Source: Mobula hypostoma
Lineage: Eukaryota
Assembly (NCBI RefSeq): GCF_963921235.1
Contig: NC_086097.1
Location: 106,270,001 to 106,334,000, forward strand
Direction: 5' to 3'
DNA: 64,000 bases
Part shown: positions 10,639-23,990 of the stretch, one piece after another
How positions within the stretch are numbered: the stretch's first letter is position 1
Layout: every line of letters begins with the position of its first letter
Notes under the pieces: generated by a model
The model's database searches: none
What the model was told of the DNA's origin: nothing
The model's input: only the letters and a program-made list of their open reading frames with translations
Position numbers and translations under genes: made by a program

Positions 10639-13600
10639 TACACTGTAAATGGTATTTCTTGTCATACCAAGTGACAGCAGAGGGCTTCAACATGATACAT
10701 CTTTGCATGCCTACAATAGTGTTGAGGAATGGAGATCAAAGCTAAGTGGTACTGATGCCAAATGTAGCACCACTCACCACCCCTCCCCCCCACTCACCAC
10801 ACCTGCATTCCTACAGCCAATTCTCCCTCCTCCCTATTACGTAATTTTTTTTTCAAAATCAGCCAGCCCAGTTCACACTGGAAAATAAGTCTATTCATTG
10901 CAAGGTTACGACTAAGTTAAACGACCAATCCTTCAGGAGGGTTAGAACTGAAACTAGATTTTGAAATATCTGCAAAGCCCAAATAAAAGCAGTTACATTT
11001 TTATAGCTCTTGTTAAAATTAGCATTGCACTATTAATGTAGTTTGAAAGAGGCCAGAAAAAAAAGATTTGTTGCATTCTGGGAGACTTGATTTCTTCTGT
11101 TAATGAGAAGCAACATCCCTGACTTGCTAACCGATCCAGACCTTACTGATATAGACTTGGGCTGTTTATTAATAATGAATTTGAATGTTCACATGTGGAA
11201 TGTTATCAGCCTGTGCACAATTCAACCAATAGTTAGCCCTGATGGGGGTAGCTGGGTTCCTCATTAGCAGAACATATTTAATCCAGAAGTTTCTTATCAA
11301 ATGTCACACCTGCATCTCTAAATGGCTTTTTCACATTCAGTTGCAAGTATTTCTGAGATGAGGCTCCAAGGTGCTTTACGGAGATTAAGAACGAGAGAGT
11401 GCAAGCCTATTTTATCATTTAGCAAGTCTGGAAAGAATCCAAGGAGTTTTTTGTTTTGTTGTTGTAATTAAAAAGCCTTTTAGGCAACAGCGTATGCATT
11501 GAAATATGAATATTCAGTGGAAGAGTATAAACTGGAATGCTGCCCCTTTGGATCTGAAGACCCCCTTACTCCACTGAAAAGCACATACTGATAGATCAAA
11601 ATAGAGTACATATTTAAAAATAGGGAATTATTTCAGAGAAATTATGTCCTTAGTTGTACACAAAAAACATCCATTTAAATCAGTGTAAATTTACACGAGG
11701 TTCCGAATAAATGTATGGCATTTGTTTCCAAATAATTGTTTTGATTGCCTTTGTAATAAATGTATTTAATCAACTTTCCTGCAATATTCTAATATCAGAA
11801 ACTATTAAAATATACAGTATAAGATCGAAAGGATTAACACTGTCATGAAGAGAAAGCTGCCAATACTCTATGTGTTTAGGTTTGTTTTCTGAAAGACATT
11901 CTGCTTCCAACTAGAATGTGGAGGCTGCGAGTAACAAGGTACTGTGTCACTGAGCAGTGGGGTGAAAGGGAAATCAGGCATATTGGTCACTCATCATTAG
12001 ATTGCAATATGACCATTAATTTCATTTGAATTGGATCACAGATCTGCTCAGGCAATAAAAGGGATGGACAGTGGTATTAAATGTTTTCTTCTGCTTCCTG
12101 GGATCATGGAAGTTGGTTCCCATGTAGAAAATTATCAAAATGATAACTAAAGGTTGCAGTAAAGGCTAACCTGGCTGCAGCAGTGAAGATGGGACAGGAT
12201 AGTTGCCTGTTTGGCAGCAGGTAGAAGATTATGAGTTTAGATCAGAGGATGAAAGAAAAATAGTATGTATAGGCTCTGAACAAAACCTTAAATGGTGCAG
12301 CACATGGCTTACAATCATAGTTTGGGTGCTTATGATGTTCATTATCTACATCAAAACTCGGGGATGACCACCATAGGAAAATAGTATGGTTTTTCAACCC
12401 AGCTGGTGCACCAATTGTTATAATTGGAAGGCTGGAAGGCACAACATGCAGAATTACCAGAAGTTTAATTTTGTTAAAGCCCACCCCCCCCCCCTTAGTT
12501 CAGTGTGGAAGATCTCAGATATCTCACAAATCAGGACCAGATTAATAGTTTCTGTATACTTAGTAGGACCAAATTGCCCTGATCTTTTGGGGATCATGCA
12601 GGTCTTTGTCTGGAAGGATCAACAAAAGGAGGAAGAAAGTCTGCAAGCTAGCTCCAACTCAATTACTAAATAGTGGAGTAAGGAGAGAAAGCCTAAGTTT
12701 AAAAACTAGCAGAATGGCATCTGATACGGGGATATGCAACAGAATCTAAGAAGCATGCCTTCATCCCACATCCACCCCATTTTGTCTGATGCTAACAGAG
12801 TGGTCAATAATGTCAGGTGGCTGCATAAAAAAGCAATCAAGGCTGCAGTCATTCCCAAAATTAGCAGATTGTTGGCACTAGACATGAAAACATTGTAAAC
12901 TTTGCTGTAGTAGGTGAGAGCAGACTCTGATTCAAGCATGAACAGTGAAAACCCATAGTTTTGGTGTTGACGTCTATTTGAAAGAATGGACCATTTTATT
13001 GAGTGCACCCCCATTAATGGCACAATGCCATAATGTACTACAGAGATGAATAGAGTAATCACTTGTAATTTAGGAATTGTTTTTCCCAAAAGTAAATTCT
13101 CTTTGTTTATTCAAATATGCAAATTATCTTCAGTTAACTGTAGCAATCCTTTTCAATGATCGACATGTCTCTGCTAGGTCAACTTCATGAATTCCAAATG
13201 ACAACTCTTTGATTGCTATACACCTGATATGGTCTCCTCAGTAAATATATTACTGCCATATATGCATATAATTTTAAAGGGAGATTGGTCACTGGCTTTA
13301 AAACCTAGATACAATGGTGAAGTCACAATTTTATGAAAGCTGCTCTGAATATTTGGAACTTACTGTGGGAATTTATGAGCTTACAATCCGATACAGGGTC
13401 TGGCATAATCTACGATCAACAATGGAATTAAGCAAATCATGTTATTAAGTCAAGCTCTGTCCTCAATGTTTGCCTTGGTCATATAAAAAGGGACACAACT
13501 AATTCATTTTATTATGACTCATGTCAATCTTAGGATTTGTTTATTATGTATAAGAAAGTGAATTCCTCCTTCATGGAAGTAGTTACATTTTCTGACTACA

Positions 13601-14323
13601 TGCTCCTGGCATATTCCAGGAGTAGAAATTCGCACTTACAGCTAAATCTTTCCTCACCTTTATGTGCAAGTTGTGTTGAGGCAAAATTGGAACTGCCAGG
13701 GAAATCAGTGGCTTTCTTTATCAGGCATGTAAATTTCTGTCCATTACCACCTGGTGTCCACTATGAAGAGCAGCTCAGAGGTGGTTGATTCCACGGTCTG
13801 AAATATAACAGTTGACTTATAGATCATAACATATTTTTAAGATCACCAGTTTTATGTCTTAATTTTTTTAGTTGACTTCCTTCATTCTTTGTCCTGAAGC
13901 TGTGATATAGTTCCAGAATCACAGTTTAAGTTTGGTATATCCACTGTTATTCTTAGAAAGGCTTTTACAAGTTCATTTATGGAAACATAATGAACAACCA
14001 TAACCAGGACATCATCTGACCTTTGTGCAGCATCAGGATATGGATACCAAATGGCTACTGTGCTTGGAATCTTGGCAGATTTTTCTTTTACCAGATGAGG
14101 AGAAAATGTCTAGTGGTCAGTGTCTCAGTGTGTTGATGATTACTTGTGACTGAGTCCGAAGACCTTAATCCTTCTTTGCAGGTTACTGGATGTCACATGC
14201 TATTAGACAGGAAAATTTGCTAACTCTTCCCTATTTTCTAGGCCGTCGTAAAGGTCAGTTGCAAACTCAGCTATTCCTGAGGTTGGCAGGTTGGTGAAGT
14301 CAACAGAAACAATATTATAACAG

Positions 14324-14541
14324 AGCAACACATGCAAAGTGCTGGAGGAACTCAGCAGATCAGACAGTATCCATGAAAATGAATAAACAGTCGACTTTTT
14401 GGGCCGAGATCCTTCATCATGACTCAGCCCAAGAATTGACTATTTATTCATCTTCATAGATGCTGTCTGACATGCTGAGTTCCTCCAACATTTTGTGTGT
14501 GTTGCTCTGTATTTCCAGCATCTGCAGAATCGCTTGTGTTT
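14324..14541. mobile_element. Fold-back PLE terminus element of an older subfamily, 13-bp TSD
   Basis: Inverted arms meeting near 14425; TSD AATATTATAACAG at 14311-14323 and 14542-14554. Confidence 0.85.
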
Positions 14542-14994
14542 AATATTATAACAGGCATAGTAGGTTTTAATGGAGGTGAAACTGAGCTAGAAATGAGGCA
14601 AGGTTCAGGGAAGGCACTCCAGTGCTTAGGGCTAAGGCCACCAACAGCATCGTAAGGAAAACTGTAGATGCAGAAGAAATCAGAACTGGAGAAATCAATA
14701 AATCATTTAGGCTAGAAACTTAGGGAAAGAGTGAGGATGAGACAACTGAGTAACTGAAAACAAGGCGAATAATACTCAGATCAAAATATAGTTATACCAG
14801 GAGAAAACAGTAGATAGATTAGCTCAGATTGATGATGCAGGTTATAATTCTGCATGAGATACTTGGAAGAACTGAAGGATGGATAGTTTAGGATGGCCCC
14901 ATTCAATCAGGTGTGTACCAGACACAAAGTATTACATAAAAATTAAGCAATTTACATAACTCATAAGAAAATTCTTTTCAGTGAATATCCACAA

Positions 14995-15135
14995 TCTACA
15001 GATGCTGGAAATCTACTACAAAACAGAAAATGCCTGAAGGATCTGTGTGAGAAGACCCTTCATTTCAACCAACAGTCTTTGACCTGAAACAGTACCCCCA
15101 TTTCTCTATCTAGTGAGTTCCTCACAATATTTTAA
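14995..15135. mobile_element. Highly decayed PLE terminus relic
   Basis: CAGATGCTGGAAATCT...GACCCTTCAT...GACCTGAAAC...GAGTTCCTC. Confidence 0.45.
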
Positions 15136-15404
15136 GTGTCTCTTCCAATAAAGAACTTCTATAGACTAAGTTGCAGGTTCAGAAATGGCTAAATAGTATT
15201 GAAGAGTACAACTGCAAAATTAATTCTTCCAACATTTAACTGTTTCCAAAGTGATACCAAAACTGGTGAAGTTAAAGTACGTAGCATCTCGTGAAAGAGT
15301 GAAATAATTCTTTTGGCTTTGCTACATCCTACAACTAGTTCAATCAATCAGTTAATTTGAGTGCATGGTTTGTGGATAAAGGCTATTGGCAATTAAAAGA
15401 AACC

Positions 15405-15750
15405 TGAGGCACAGCAACACAACAGTAGGTGCTACAGTCTCAGAGCTCCGTGACACATGTTTGATCCTGGCTTCAGTTGCCATCAGTGTGGAGCTTGCAC
15501 CTTCTTACCACCATGGCACGCCATGCTTTCAGTACTCTGGTTTCCACAGACATGCTGGTAGGTAAGATGGCTTCTGCAAAATACCACTCATTCTAGGTTG
15601 ATAGCAAAACAAATTGAAAGAGAAATTGGTGAGCATATGGAAGACAGAAGTTACTTAGAAATAAGGGTAGAGGAATGCAATTTATGGAATTGTTCCACTG
15701 GCAGCTGGCCTGTACCTGACAGGTTAAATGGCCTCACTCAGTGTTTTAAA
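15405..15750 (+). mobile_element. Old tRNA-derived SINE with CR1-like tail
   Basis: Decayed head (GTTTGATCCTG, GTGTGGAGCTTGCAC) and tail GTTAAATGGCCT; resembles 61480-61790. Confidence 0.45.
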
Positions 15751-15832
15751 AGTATAAGATGTAAACATAATATAAAACAGAAAAGGACTTTTGAAACATC
15801 AATATGTTGCCAACCTGCTAAATAAGAACTAA

Positions 15833-16305
15833 TGCAACATACCCAAAATACTGGAGAACTCAGCAGGTCAGGCAGCATCTACGGAAATGATTAAACAGTT
15901 GATGTTTTGGGCTGAGACCCTTCTTCAGGACTGAGAAGGAAGGGGGAAGATACCAGAATAAAAAGGTGGGGGCGTAGGGAAAATAGTCTAGGTGAAGCCA
16001 GGTGGATGGGAAATCGAGAGCTGGAGAAGAAAGTATCTGATAGGAGAGGAGAGTGGACAATAGGAGACAGGAAGTGACAGGGAAGTGGTAGGCAGGTGAG
16101 AAGGTCAGAGTGCAAAATAGAGGGGGGTGGGGTGGAACTTGTTTACCAGAAGGAGAAATCAATGTTCATACCATCAGGTTGGAGGATACCCAGACAGAAT
16201 ATAAAGTGTTGCCCCTCCACCCTGAGGGTGATGAGACCACGAATCAACATGTCAAAATGGGAATGGGAACTGGAATTAAAATGTTCGGCCATTGGGAAGT
16301 CCCAT
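15833..16305 (-). mobile_element. PLE 3' fragment (GIY-YIG end + pLTR), hammerhead relic at 15897-15932
   Basis: Antisense of ...QPDGMNIDF; reverse complement AGTCCTGAAGAAGGGTCTCAGCCCAAAACATCAACT. Confidence 0.85.
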
Positions 16306-17212
16306 TTGTGCCCTTAAAATGGGGGTAGATCCAAAGATGCTTATGTTGGAGAGACCCATTTCATGGGATAAAAAAAAATGACAATGCTTCCCAGATATTG
16401 CAAACATTAAAAAAATGTGTGGCAATAATTACTTAGGACCAGAATATCTATAGGATGGACTGATGAAAGTCTTAGCCTCATTGAATATGAAGTGCTCACT
16501 CTTCAAAAGATTGCAGATTGGAAGAGGGCGCCTGCGGCAAGTCTTTGTAAAGTTGATGCATATCAGTTGTAATCTAACTGAAAAATTATAAACGCCATTC
16601 AAAACCATAAAGGGAGAACAGAAATTACAGTTCTGTTTCAATGATATCATGGGTACTCAAACACTTGTATGGCCTTTGCAAGGAGTTGTTCATGAAAATT
16701 CAAACCTTTTTAAAAATTCAAGAACAAAAATGTTATATCACCTACAAAAACTGTATTGTCAGGTCTTACTCTCCTAGACATGGTGACTAGAATTGCAGCC
16801 TGTAGACTCCCACTTCTGCAGTCTAGATGCAGTAGGTGCTGGCCTATGATAACCATGAGTCCGGAGGAAAGGTCTGAAGGACATAAGGGCCTCCGGCGGT
16901 GAGAAGCAGTGCCCCTCACAACCACTGAGATGGTCAGTGGTCAGCAACCTGAGAAAGGGAGCCCTGATACATGTAAAAGCTGCAAATTGTCTCAGACATT
17001 CAGATAGTCCAAAATTGATGCAGCAAATTTATGAAAGGAATCAAAAATAAAAATACGTCCACTAACATACCTAAAATTGCATACAAATTACAAGTATTAA
17101 AGGACAGCAAATAATATTCCTTGCTTCCAATTTCTCCACTTTACAATCCCTTTAAATGTATAGAGTCTTGGATCCTGTGCAGGGTGTGAGGATAAAGCTG
17201 AGGAGCCCTATA

Positions 17213-17328
17213 AGAAAAAGAGATTCTGCAGATGCTGGAAATCCCAAGTAACACACACACACACACAATACTGGAGGAACTCAGGTGGTCAGGCAGCGTC
17301 TATAGAGAGGAATAAAGGGTCAACATGT
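17213..17328 (-). mobile_element. PLE terminal tail fragment
   Basis: AGAGATTCTGCAGATGCTGGAAAT...CTGGAGGAACTCAG...CAGGCAGCGTCTATAG. Confidence 0.75.
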
Positions 17329-17439
17329 CCGTAAGATTGGCCTCCCTGCTAAACTTCATTAAGATTGACTTTCTTGGCCTTCCATACCTGTTATTCCAGG
17401 AATTAAAGCAGTTTCTGTTGAAACCACCATCATAAGCCA

Positions 17440-17720
17440 GAAAAAAATTGTATTTATATTTGCTGTGGAGAAGGACATTACATGCTGTGATTTCAGGGAA
17501 AAGAACAGCAATATCCTGAAATACATCAGCACTATGAAGGATGAAGTATTGGAAGTCATGAAGCCTAAAAAGATGAATTAATGCTCAATGCCTGACCAAG
17601 TATAAACCTGGACATTGTGGGAAGTAAGGGCCCTGGCAGAGAGTTTTTGTATCATTGTTAGCCACAGATGAGGTAGCAAGACTGGAGCTTGGTTAAAGTT
17701 GTGCCCTTATTTAAGATGGA
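17440..17720 (+). mobile_element. Decayed CR1 ORF2 internal fragment
   Basis: Similar to the ..VFTKE..EEVL..KSPGPD..ALAE..DWR.A.VVPLFK region of intact copies. Confidence 0.55.
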
Positions 17721-17798
17721 CCTCTATTGCTTCTAACTTGTTACCATTTAGAAACTATTCAATCTTCTTCAGTTGAAAGTGGATTTGACTGCAATGTA

Positions 17799-20737
17799 CA
17801 GTGGTATGCAAAAGTTTGGGCACCCCCGTCAAAATTTCTGTTACTGTGAATAGCTAAGCGAGTAAAAGATGAACTGATTTCCAAAAGGCATAAAGTTAAA
17901 GATGACACATTTCCTTAATATTTTAAACAAGAAAACATTTTTATTTCCATCTTTTACAGTTTCAAAATAACAAAAAAGGAAAAGGGCACAAAGCAAAAGT
18001 TTGGGCACCCTGCATGGCAGTACTTAGTAGCACCCCCTTTGGCAAGTATCACAGCTTGTAAACGCTTTTTGTAGCCAGCTAATAGTCTTTCAATTCTTGT
18101 TTGGCGGATTTTCGCGCATTCTTCCTTGAAAAAGGCTTCTAGTTCTGTGAGATTCTTGGGCCATCTTGCATGCACTGCTGTTTTGAGGTCTATCCATTCA
18201 AAAGGCTCAAAGGAACATCTAAACAAGCCTGATGCATTTTAGAAACACGTCCTATGGACTGATGAAGTTAAAAATAGAACTTTTTGGCTGCAATGAGCAA
18301 AGGTATGTTTGGAGAAAAAAGGGTGCAGAATTTCATGAAAAAAACCCATATAACCATATAACAACTACAGCACAGAAAAAGGCCATCTCGGCCCTTCTAG
18401 TTTGTGCCAAACTCTTACTCTCACCTAGTCCCACCGACCTGCACTCAGCCCATAACCCTCCATTCCTTTGCTGTCCATATAGCTGTCCAATTTAACTCTA
18501 AATGACAACATTGAACCTGCCTCAACCACTTCTGCTGGAAGCTCGTTCCACACAGCTACCACTCTCTGAGTAAAGAAGTTCCCCCTCATGTTACCTCTAA
18601 ACTTTTGCCCTTTAACTCTCAACTCATGTCCTCTTCTTTGAATCTCCCCCACTCTCAATGGAAAAAAGTCTGTCCACATCAACTCTATCTATCCCCCCTC
18701 ATAATTTCAAATACTTCTATCAAATCCCCCCTCAACCTTCTACGTTCCAAAGAATAAAGACCCAACTTGTTCAACCTTTCTCTGTAACTTCGGAGATGAA
18801 ACCCAGGTAACATTCTAGTAAATCTTCTCTGTACTCTCTCTATTTTGTTGACATCTTTCCTATAGTTTGGTGACCAAAATTGTACACAATACTCCAAATT
18901 TGGCCTCACCAATGCCTTGTACAATTTCAACATTACATCCCAACTCCTATACTCAATGCTCTGATTTATAAAGGCCACCATACCAAAAGCTTTCTTCTCT
19001 ACCCTATCCACATGAGATTCCACCTTCAGGGAACTATGCACCTTATTCCTAGATCCCTCTGTTCTACTGCATTCTTCAATGCCCTACCATTTACCATATA
19101 TGTCCCATTTTGATTAGTCCTACAGCTCACAAATGTGCAGCACCTCACATTTATCAGCATTAAACTCCATCTGCCATCTTTCAGCCCACTCTTCTAACTG
19201 GCCTAAATCTCTCTGCAAGCTTTGAAAACCTACTTCATTACCTACAACTCCACCTATCTTAGTATCATCTGCACACTTACTAATCCAATTTACCATCCCA
19301 TCATCCAGATCATTAATATATATAACAAACAACATTGGACCCAGTACAGATCCCTGAGGCACACCACTAGTCACCGGCCTTCAATCTGACTCACAGTTAT
19401 CCATTCTGGCGTCTCCCAACCAGCCACTGCTGAATCCATTTTACTACTTCAATATTAATACCTAACAATTGAACCTTCCTAACTAACCTTCCGTGTGGAA
19501 CCTTGTCAAAGGCCTTACTGAAGTCCACATAGACAACATCCATCGCTTTACCCTCGTCAACTTTCCTAGTAACCTCTTCAAAAAATTCATAAGATTTGTC
19601 AAACATGACCTTCCACGCACAAATCCATGTTGACTGTTCCTAATCAGACCCTGTCTATCCAGATAATTATATATACCATCTCTAAGAATACTTTCCATCA
19701 ATTTACCCACCACTGACGTCAAACTCACAGGCCGATAATTGCTAGGTTTACTCTTAGAACCCTTTTTAAACAATGGAACAACATGAGCAATATGCCAATC
19801 CTCCATTTCTAATGATATTTGAAATATTTCTGTCAGAGCCCCTGCTATTTCCACACTAACTTCCCTCAAGGTCCCAGGGAATATCCTGTCAGGATCCGGA
19901 GAGTTATCCACTTTTATATTCCTTAAAAGCCCCAGTACTTCCTCTTCTTTAATCATCATAGTTTCCATAACTTCCCTACCTGTTTCCCTTACCTTACACA
20001 ATTCAATATCCTTCTCCTTAGTGAATACAACCCCTCTCCAACTGTTAAGCATGGGGGTGAATCGATCATGCTTTGGGTTTGTGTTGCAGCCAGTGGCACA
20101 GGAAACGTTTACTGGTAGAGGCAAGGATGAATTCAATTAAATACCAGCAAATTCTGGAAGCAAACTTCACAACATCTGTAAAAAAGCCGAAGATGAAAAG
20201 AGGATGGCTTCTACAACAGGATACAGTAATGATCCTAAACACACCTCAAAATTTACAATGGACTACCTCAAGAGGCGCAAGCTGAAGGTTTTGCCATGGC
20301 CCTCATAGTCCCCTGACCTAAACATCATCGAAAATCTGTGGATAGACCTCAAAAGAGCAGTGCATGCAAGACGGCCCAAGAACCTCACAGAAGTAGAAGC
20401 CTTTTGCAAGGAAGAATGGGCAAAAATCCCCCAAACAAGAATTGAAAGACTCTTAGTTGGCTACAAAAAGTGTTTAAAAGCTGTGATACTTGCCAAAGGG
20501 GGTGTTACTAAGTACTGACCATGCAGGGTGCCCAAACTTTTGCTTCGTGCCCTTTTCCTTTTTTGTTATTTTGAAACTGTAAAAGATGGAAATAAAAAAG
20601 TTTTCTTGCTTAAAATGTTAAATAAATGTGTCATCTTTAACTTTGTGCCTTTTGGAAATCAGTTCATCTTTTTCTCGCTTAGCTATTCACAGTAACAGAA
20701 ATTTTGACCGGGGTGCCCAAACTTTTGCATGCCACTG
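17799..20737 (+). mobile_element. Tc1-like DNA transposon (IR/DR type), non-autonomous, with nested CR1
   Basis: TA-CAGTGGTATGCAAAAGTTTGGGCACCC ... GGGTGCCCAAACTTTTGCATGCCACTG-TA; inner direct repeat GCAAAAGTTTGGGCACCC near 17993; transposase motifs WTDE (~18256), PTVKHGG, QQD, SPDLNIIENLW, AKGGVTKY. Confidence 0.95.
18346..20028 (-). mobile_element. 5'-truncated CR1 inserted in the Tc1 transposase
   Basis: RT motifs [40 protein letters not shown]; (GTTATATG)n tail; transposase sequence resumes either side. Confidence 0.95.
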
Positions 20738-22168
20738 TATCTAATCTTTCAGCCCCATTATTTACCATTTATAAACAGTTGCATCAAACCAATTTTAACA
20801 GCTGACACTTTACCCAACTCTTGGTCTCTTCTTGCAGAATAATCTCCTTCATAATTAATATCATATAATTTGTTCTATTTCAGAAAAATTTAGAATATTG
20901 TTTACATAACAATACAAGTGACATGTGAATTGCTTCTATTAAATGGAGAATTGAGCCAAGCATTAGGACCTTTTGCCATCTTGTATCAGAAGTTATCAAT
21001 AATAAATAAGTAAAATTAAGGATGCTATAGGCCATTATCTTTCTGAGAATTTGAAATATGTTTATAAAATGTGCAATCCAGTCAGATGCTTTCTGTAGCA
21101 TTGAATCTTAGTGAGTTTATGTCAAGGCATTGTTAAAGAAATCATCCAAAGGCATTTCAGTATTCAAATGAGATTGGATTGAATAATCTGTAATACAAAT
21201 AGGTTTGAAACAGTGGTAGTAGTTTTGTTTATTCCGTAACCCTTTCAATGTAATGTACTGTTCATTTCTTTTGTTAAACAGTATATGCTTATCAGTTTGG
21301 AACTGTCACCTTTGGAATTTAGCTGCCTGTAGCTCATTTCACATGTCTAAATCTTAACAGGACTATTGCACATTCGGACAAATTTAGCTCTGAAGTCACT
21401 TGGCCCTTTCTGTTTTTAAATTATGCCTAAATTACAAGTCCTTCCTAAGCAGAACAAAATTACTGGATGAATTTCTTCAGCAACTCTTACAGGGATGACA
21501 AGACTTCAATCTGAATGGCAATGCATTATCATGCAGACACAGCTTACCACATGACCTCTGGTGGCTAGGTCAAAAACCAGCCATGTTAGCAATTCAGGTG
21601 TTTCCCTTGCATGATCACAGCACATATTGCTTGATAGAAAGATATTCTTCCACATTTAAGCCTAATGTATCTGTGGAATACATGCCGCTCAACCACCTTC
21701 CATTAGGTAGCACTTTGCCATGGGTCATGTTTCAAGGTTAGAATGATAAAGTAACTTTTGCATTTGATCAGATAAATATTTCCCCCATTCAACTGATGCA
21801 AGCACTCATTTCCAATCAAATGGCTGTTGGTTGAATTGTTCTAAAATTATTTGTGAATATTTTTCTGGCTGGAAGCTTAAGATGCCAGGAAGATTTACAT
21901 TCCAAGCTAGAATTTCTCCCTTAAAATGCAACAGTTTTGATTTCTTACTCTAGTGTTACATTTCATCATGTTATTTATTATTGATTTTTGAGAATATAAA
22001 AATGTATTATCACCATTCGATTACATAGCTTTCATTTTAAAAATAAACAATTTCTGTGAATATGGTCCATTGCAAATACAGTACTTGAAAATATATTTAC
22101 GACAAAATCACAATTTCACACCCTACTTTTATCCCTATAACTCTGGCCTAATTGTATCATATTCAATT

Positions 22169-23990
22169 AGGTATATTAAGAGCTTTTACAGGTATACTAA
22201 GAGCAAAAGAATTGTAAGGGATAAAATTGGTCCTCTTGAAGATCAGAGTGGTTGTCTATGTGCAGAACCAAAGGAAATGGGGGAGATCTTAAATAGGTTT
22301 TTTGCGTCTGTATTTACTAAAGAAACTGGCATGAAGTCTATGGAATTAGGGGAAACAAGTAGTGAGATCATGGAAACTGTACAGATCGAAAAGGAGGAGG
22401 TCCTTGCTGCCTTGAGGAAAATTAAAGTGGATAAATCCCCGGGACCTGACAGGGTGTTCCCTCGGACCTTGAAGGAGACTAGTGTTGAAATTGCAGGGGC
22501 CCTGGCAGAAATATTCAAAATGTCGCTGTCCACAGGTGAGGTGCCGGAGGATTGGAGAGTGGCTCATGTTGTTCCGTTGTTTAAAAAAGGATTGAAAAGT
22601 AATCCAGGAAATTATAGGCCAGTAAGTTTAACGTCGGTAGTAGGTAAGTTATTGGAGGGAGTACTAAAAAACAGAATCTACAGGCATTTGGATAGACAGG
22701 GACTTATTAGGGAGAGTCAACATGGCTTTGTGCGTGGCAGGTCATGTTTGACCAATCGGTTGAAGTTTTTCGAGGAGGTTACCAGGAAAGTGGATGAAGG
22801 GAAGGCAGTGGATATTGTCTACATGGACTTCAGTAAGGCCTTTGACAAGGTCCCGCATGGGAGGTTAGTTAGGAAAATTCAGTCGCTAGGTATACATGGA
22901 GAGGAGGTAAATTGGATCAGACATTGGCTCAATGGAAGAAGCCAAAGAGTGGTAGTAGAGAATTGCTTCTCCGAGTGGAGGCCTGTGACTAGTGGTGTGC
23001 GACAGGGATCAGTGCTGGGTCCATTGTTATTTGTCATCTATATCAATGATCTGGATGATAATGTGGTAAATTGGATCAGCAAATTTGCTGATGATACAAA
23101 GATTGGAGGTGTAGTAGACAGTGAGGAAGGTTTTCAGAGCCTGCAGAGGGACTTGGACCAGCTGGAAAAATGGCAGATGGAGTTTAACACAGACAAGTGT
23201 GAGGTATTGCACGTTGGAAGGACAAACCAAGGTAGAACATACAGAGTTAATGGTAAGGCACTGAGGAGTGCGGTGGAACAGAGGGATCTGGGAATACAGA
23301 TACAAAATTCCCTAAAAGTGGCGTCACAGGTAGATAGGGTCGTAAAGAGAGCTTTTGGTACATTGGCCTTCATTAATCAAAGTATTGAGTATAAGAGCTG
23401 GAATGTTATGATGAGGTTGTATAAGGCATTGGTGAGGCTGAATCTGGAGTATTGTGTTCAGTTTTGGTCACCAAATTACAGGAAGGATATAAATAAGGTT
23501 GAAAGAGTGCAGAGAAGGTTTACAAGGATGTTGCCAGGAGTTGAGAAACTCAGTTACAGAGAAAGGTTGAATAGGTTGGAACTTTATTCCCTGGAGCGTA
23601 GAAGAATGAGGGGAGATTTGATAGAGGTATATAAAATTATGATGGGTATAGATAGAGTGAATGCAAGCAGGCTTCTTCCACTGAGGCAAGGGGAGAAAAA
23701 AACCAGAGGACATGGGTTAAGGGTGAGGGGGGAAATGTTTAAAGGGAACATTAGGGGGGGCTTCTTCACACAGAGAGTGGTGGGAGAATGGAATGAGCTG
23801 CCAGACGAGGTGGTAAATGTGGGTTCTTTTTTAACATTTAAGAATAAATTGGACAGATACATGGATGGGAGGTGTATGGAGGGATATGGTCCGTGTGCAG
23901 GTCAGTGGGACTAGGCAGAAAATGGTTCGGCACAGCCAAGAAGGGCCAAAAAGCATGTTTCTGTGCTGTAGTTTCTATGGTTATATGGTT
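22169..23990 (+). mobile_element. Young 5'-truncated CR1 with uninterrupted RT reading frame
   Basis: Open frame to stop at 23912-23914 with all RT motifs (YRPVSLTS, QHGF, DFSKAFD, QGSVLGP, FADD); tail TTCTATGGTTATATGGTT. Confidence 0.95.

Noticed and set aside
22070..23914. 614-aa ORF as a host gene or domesticated RT
   Set aside because: The first ~35 codons are AT-rich flank with a non-ATG start; the rest is a 5'-truncated CR1 ORF2 with a typical tail and sister copies in the window
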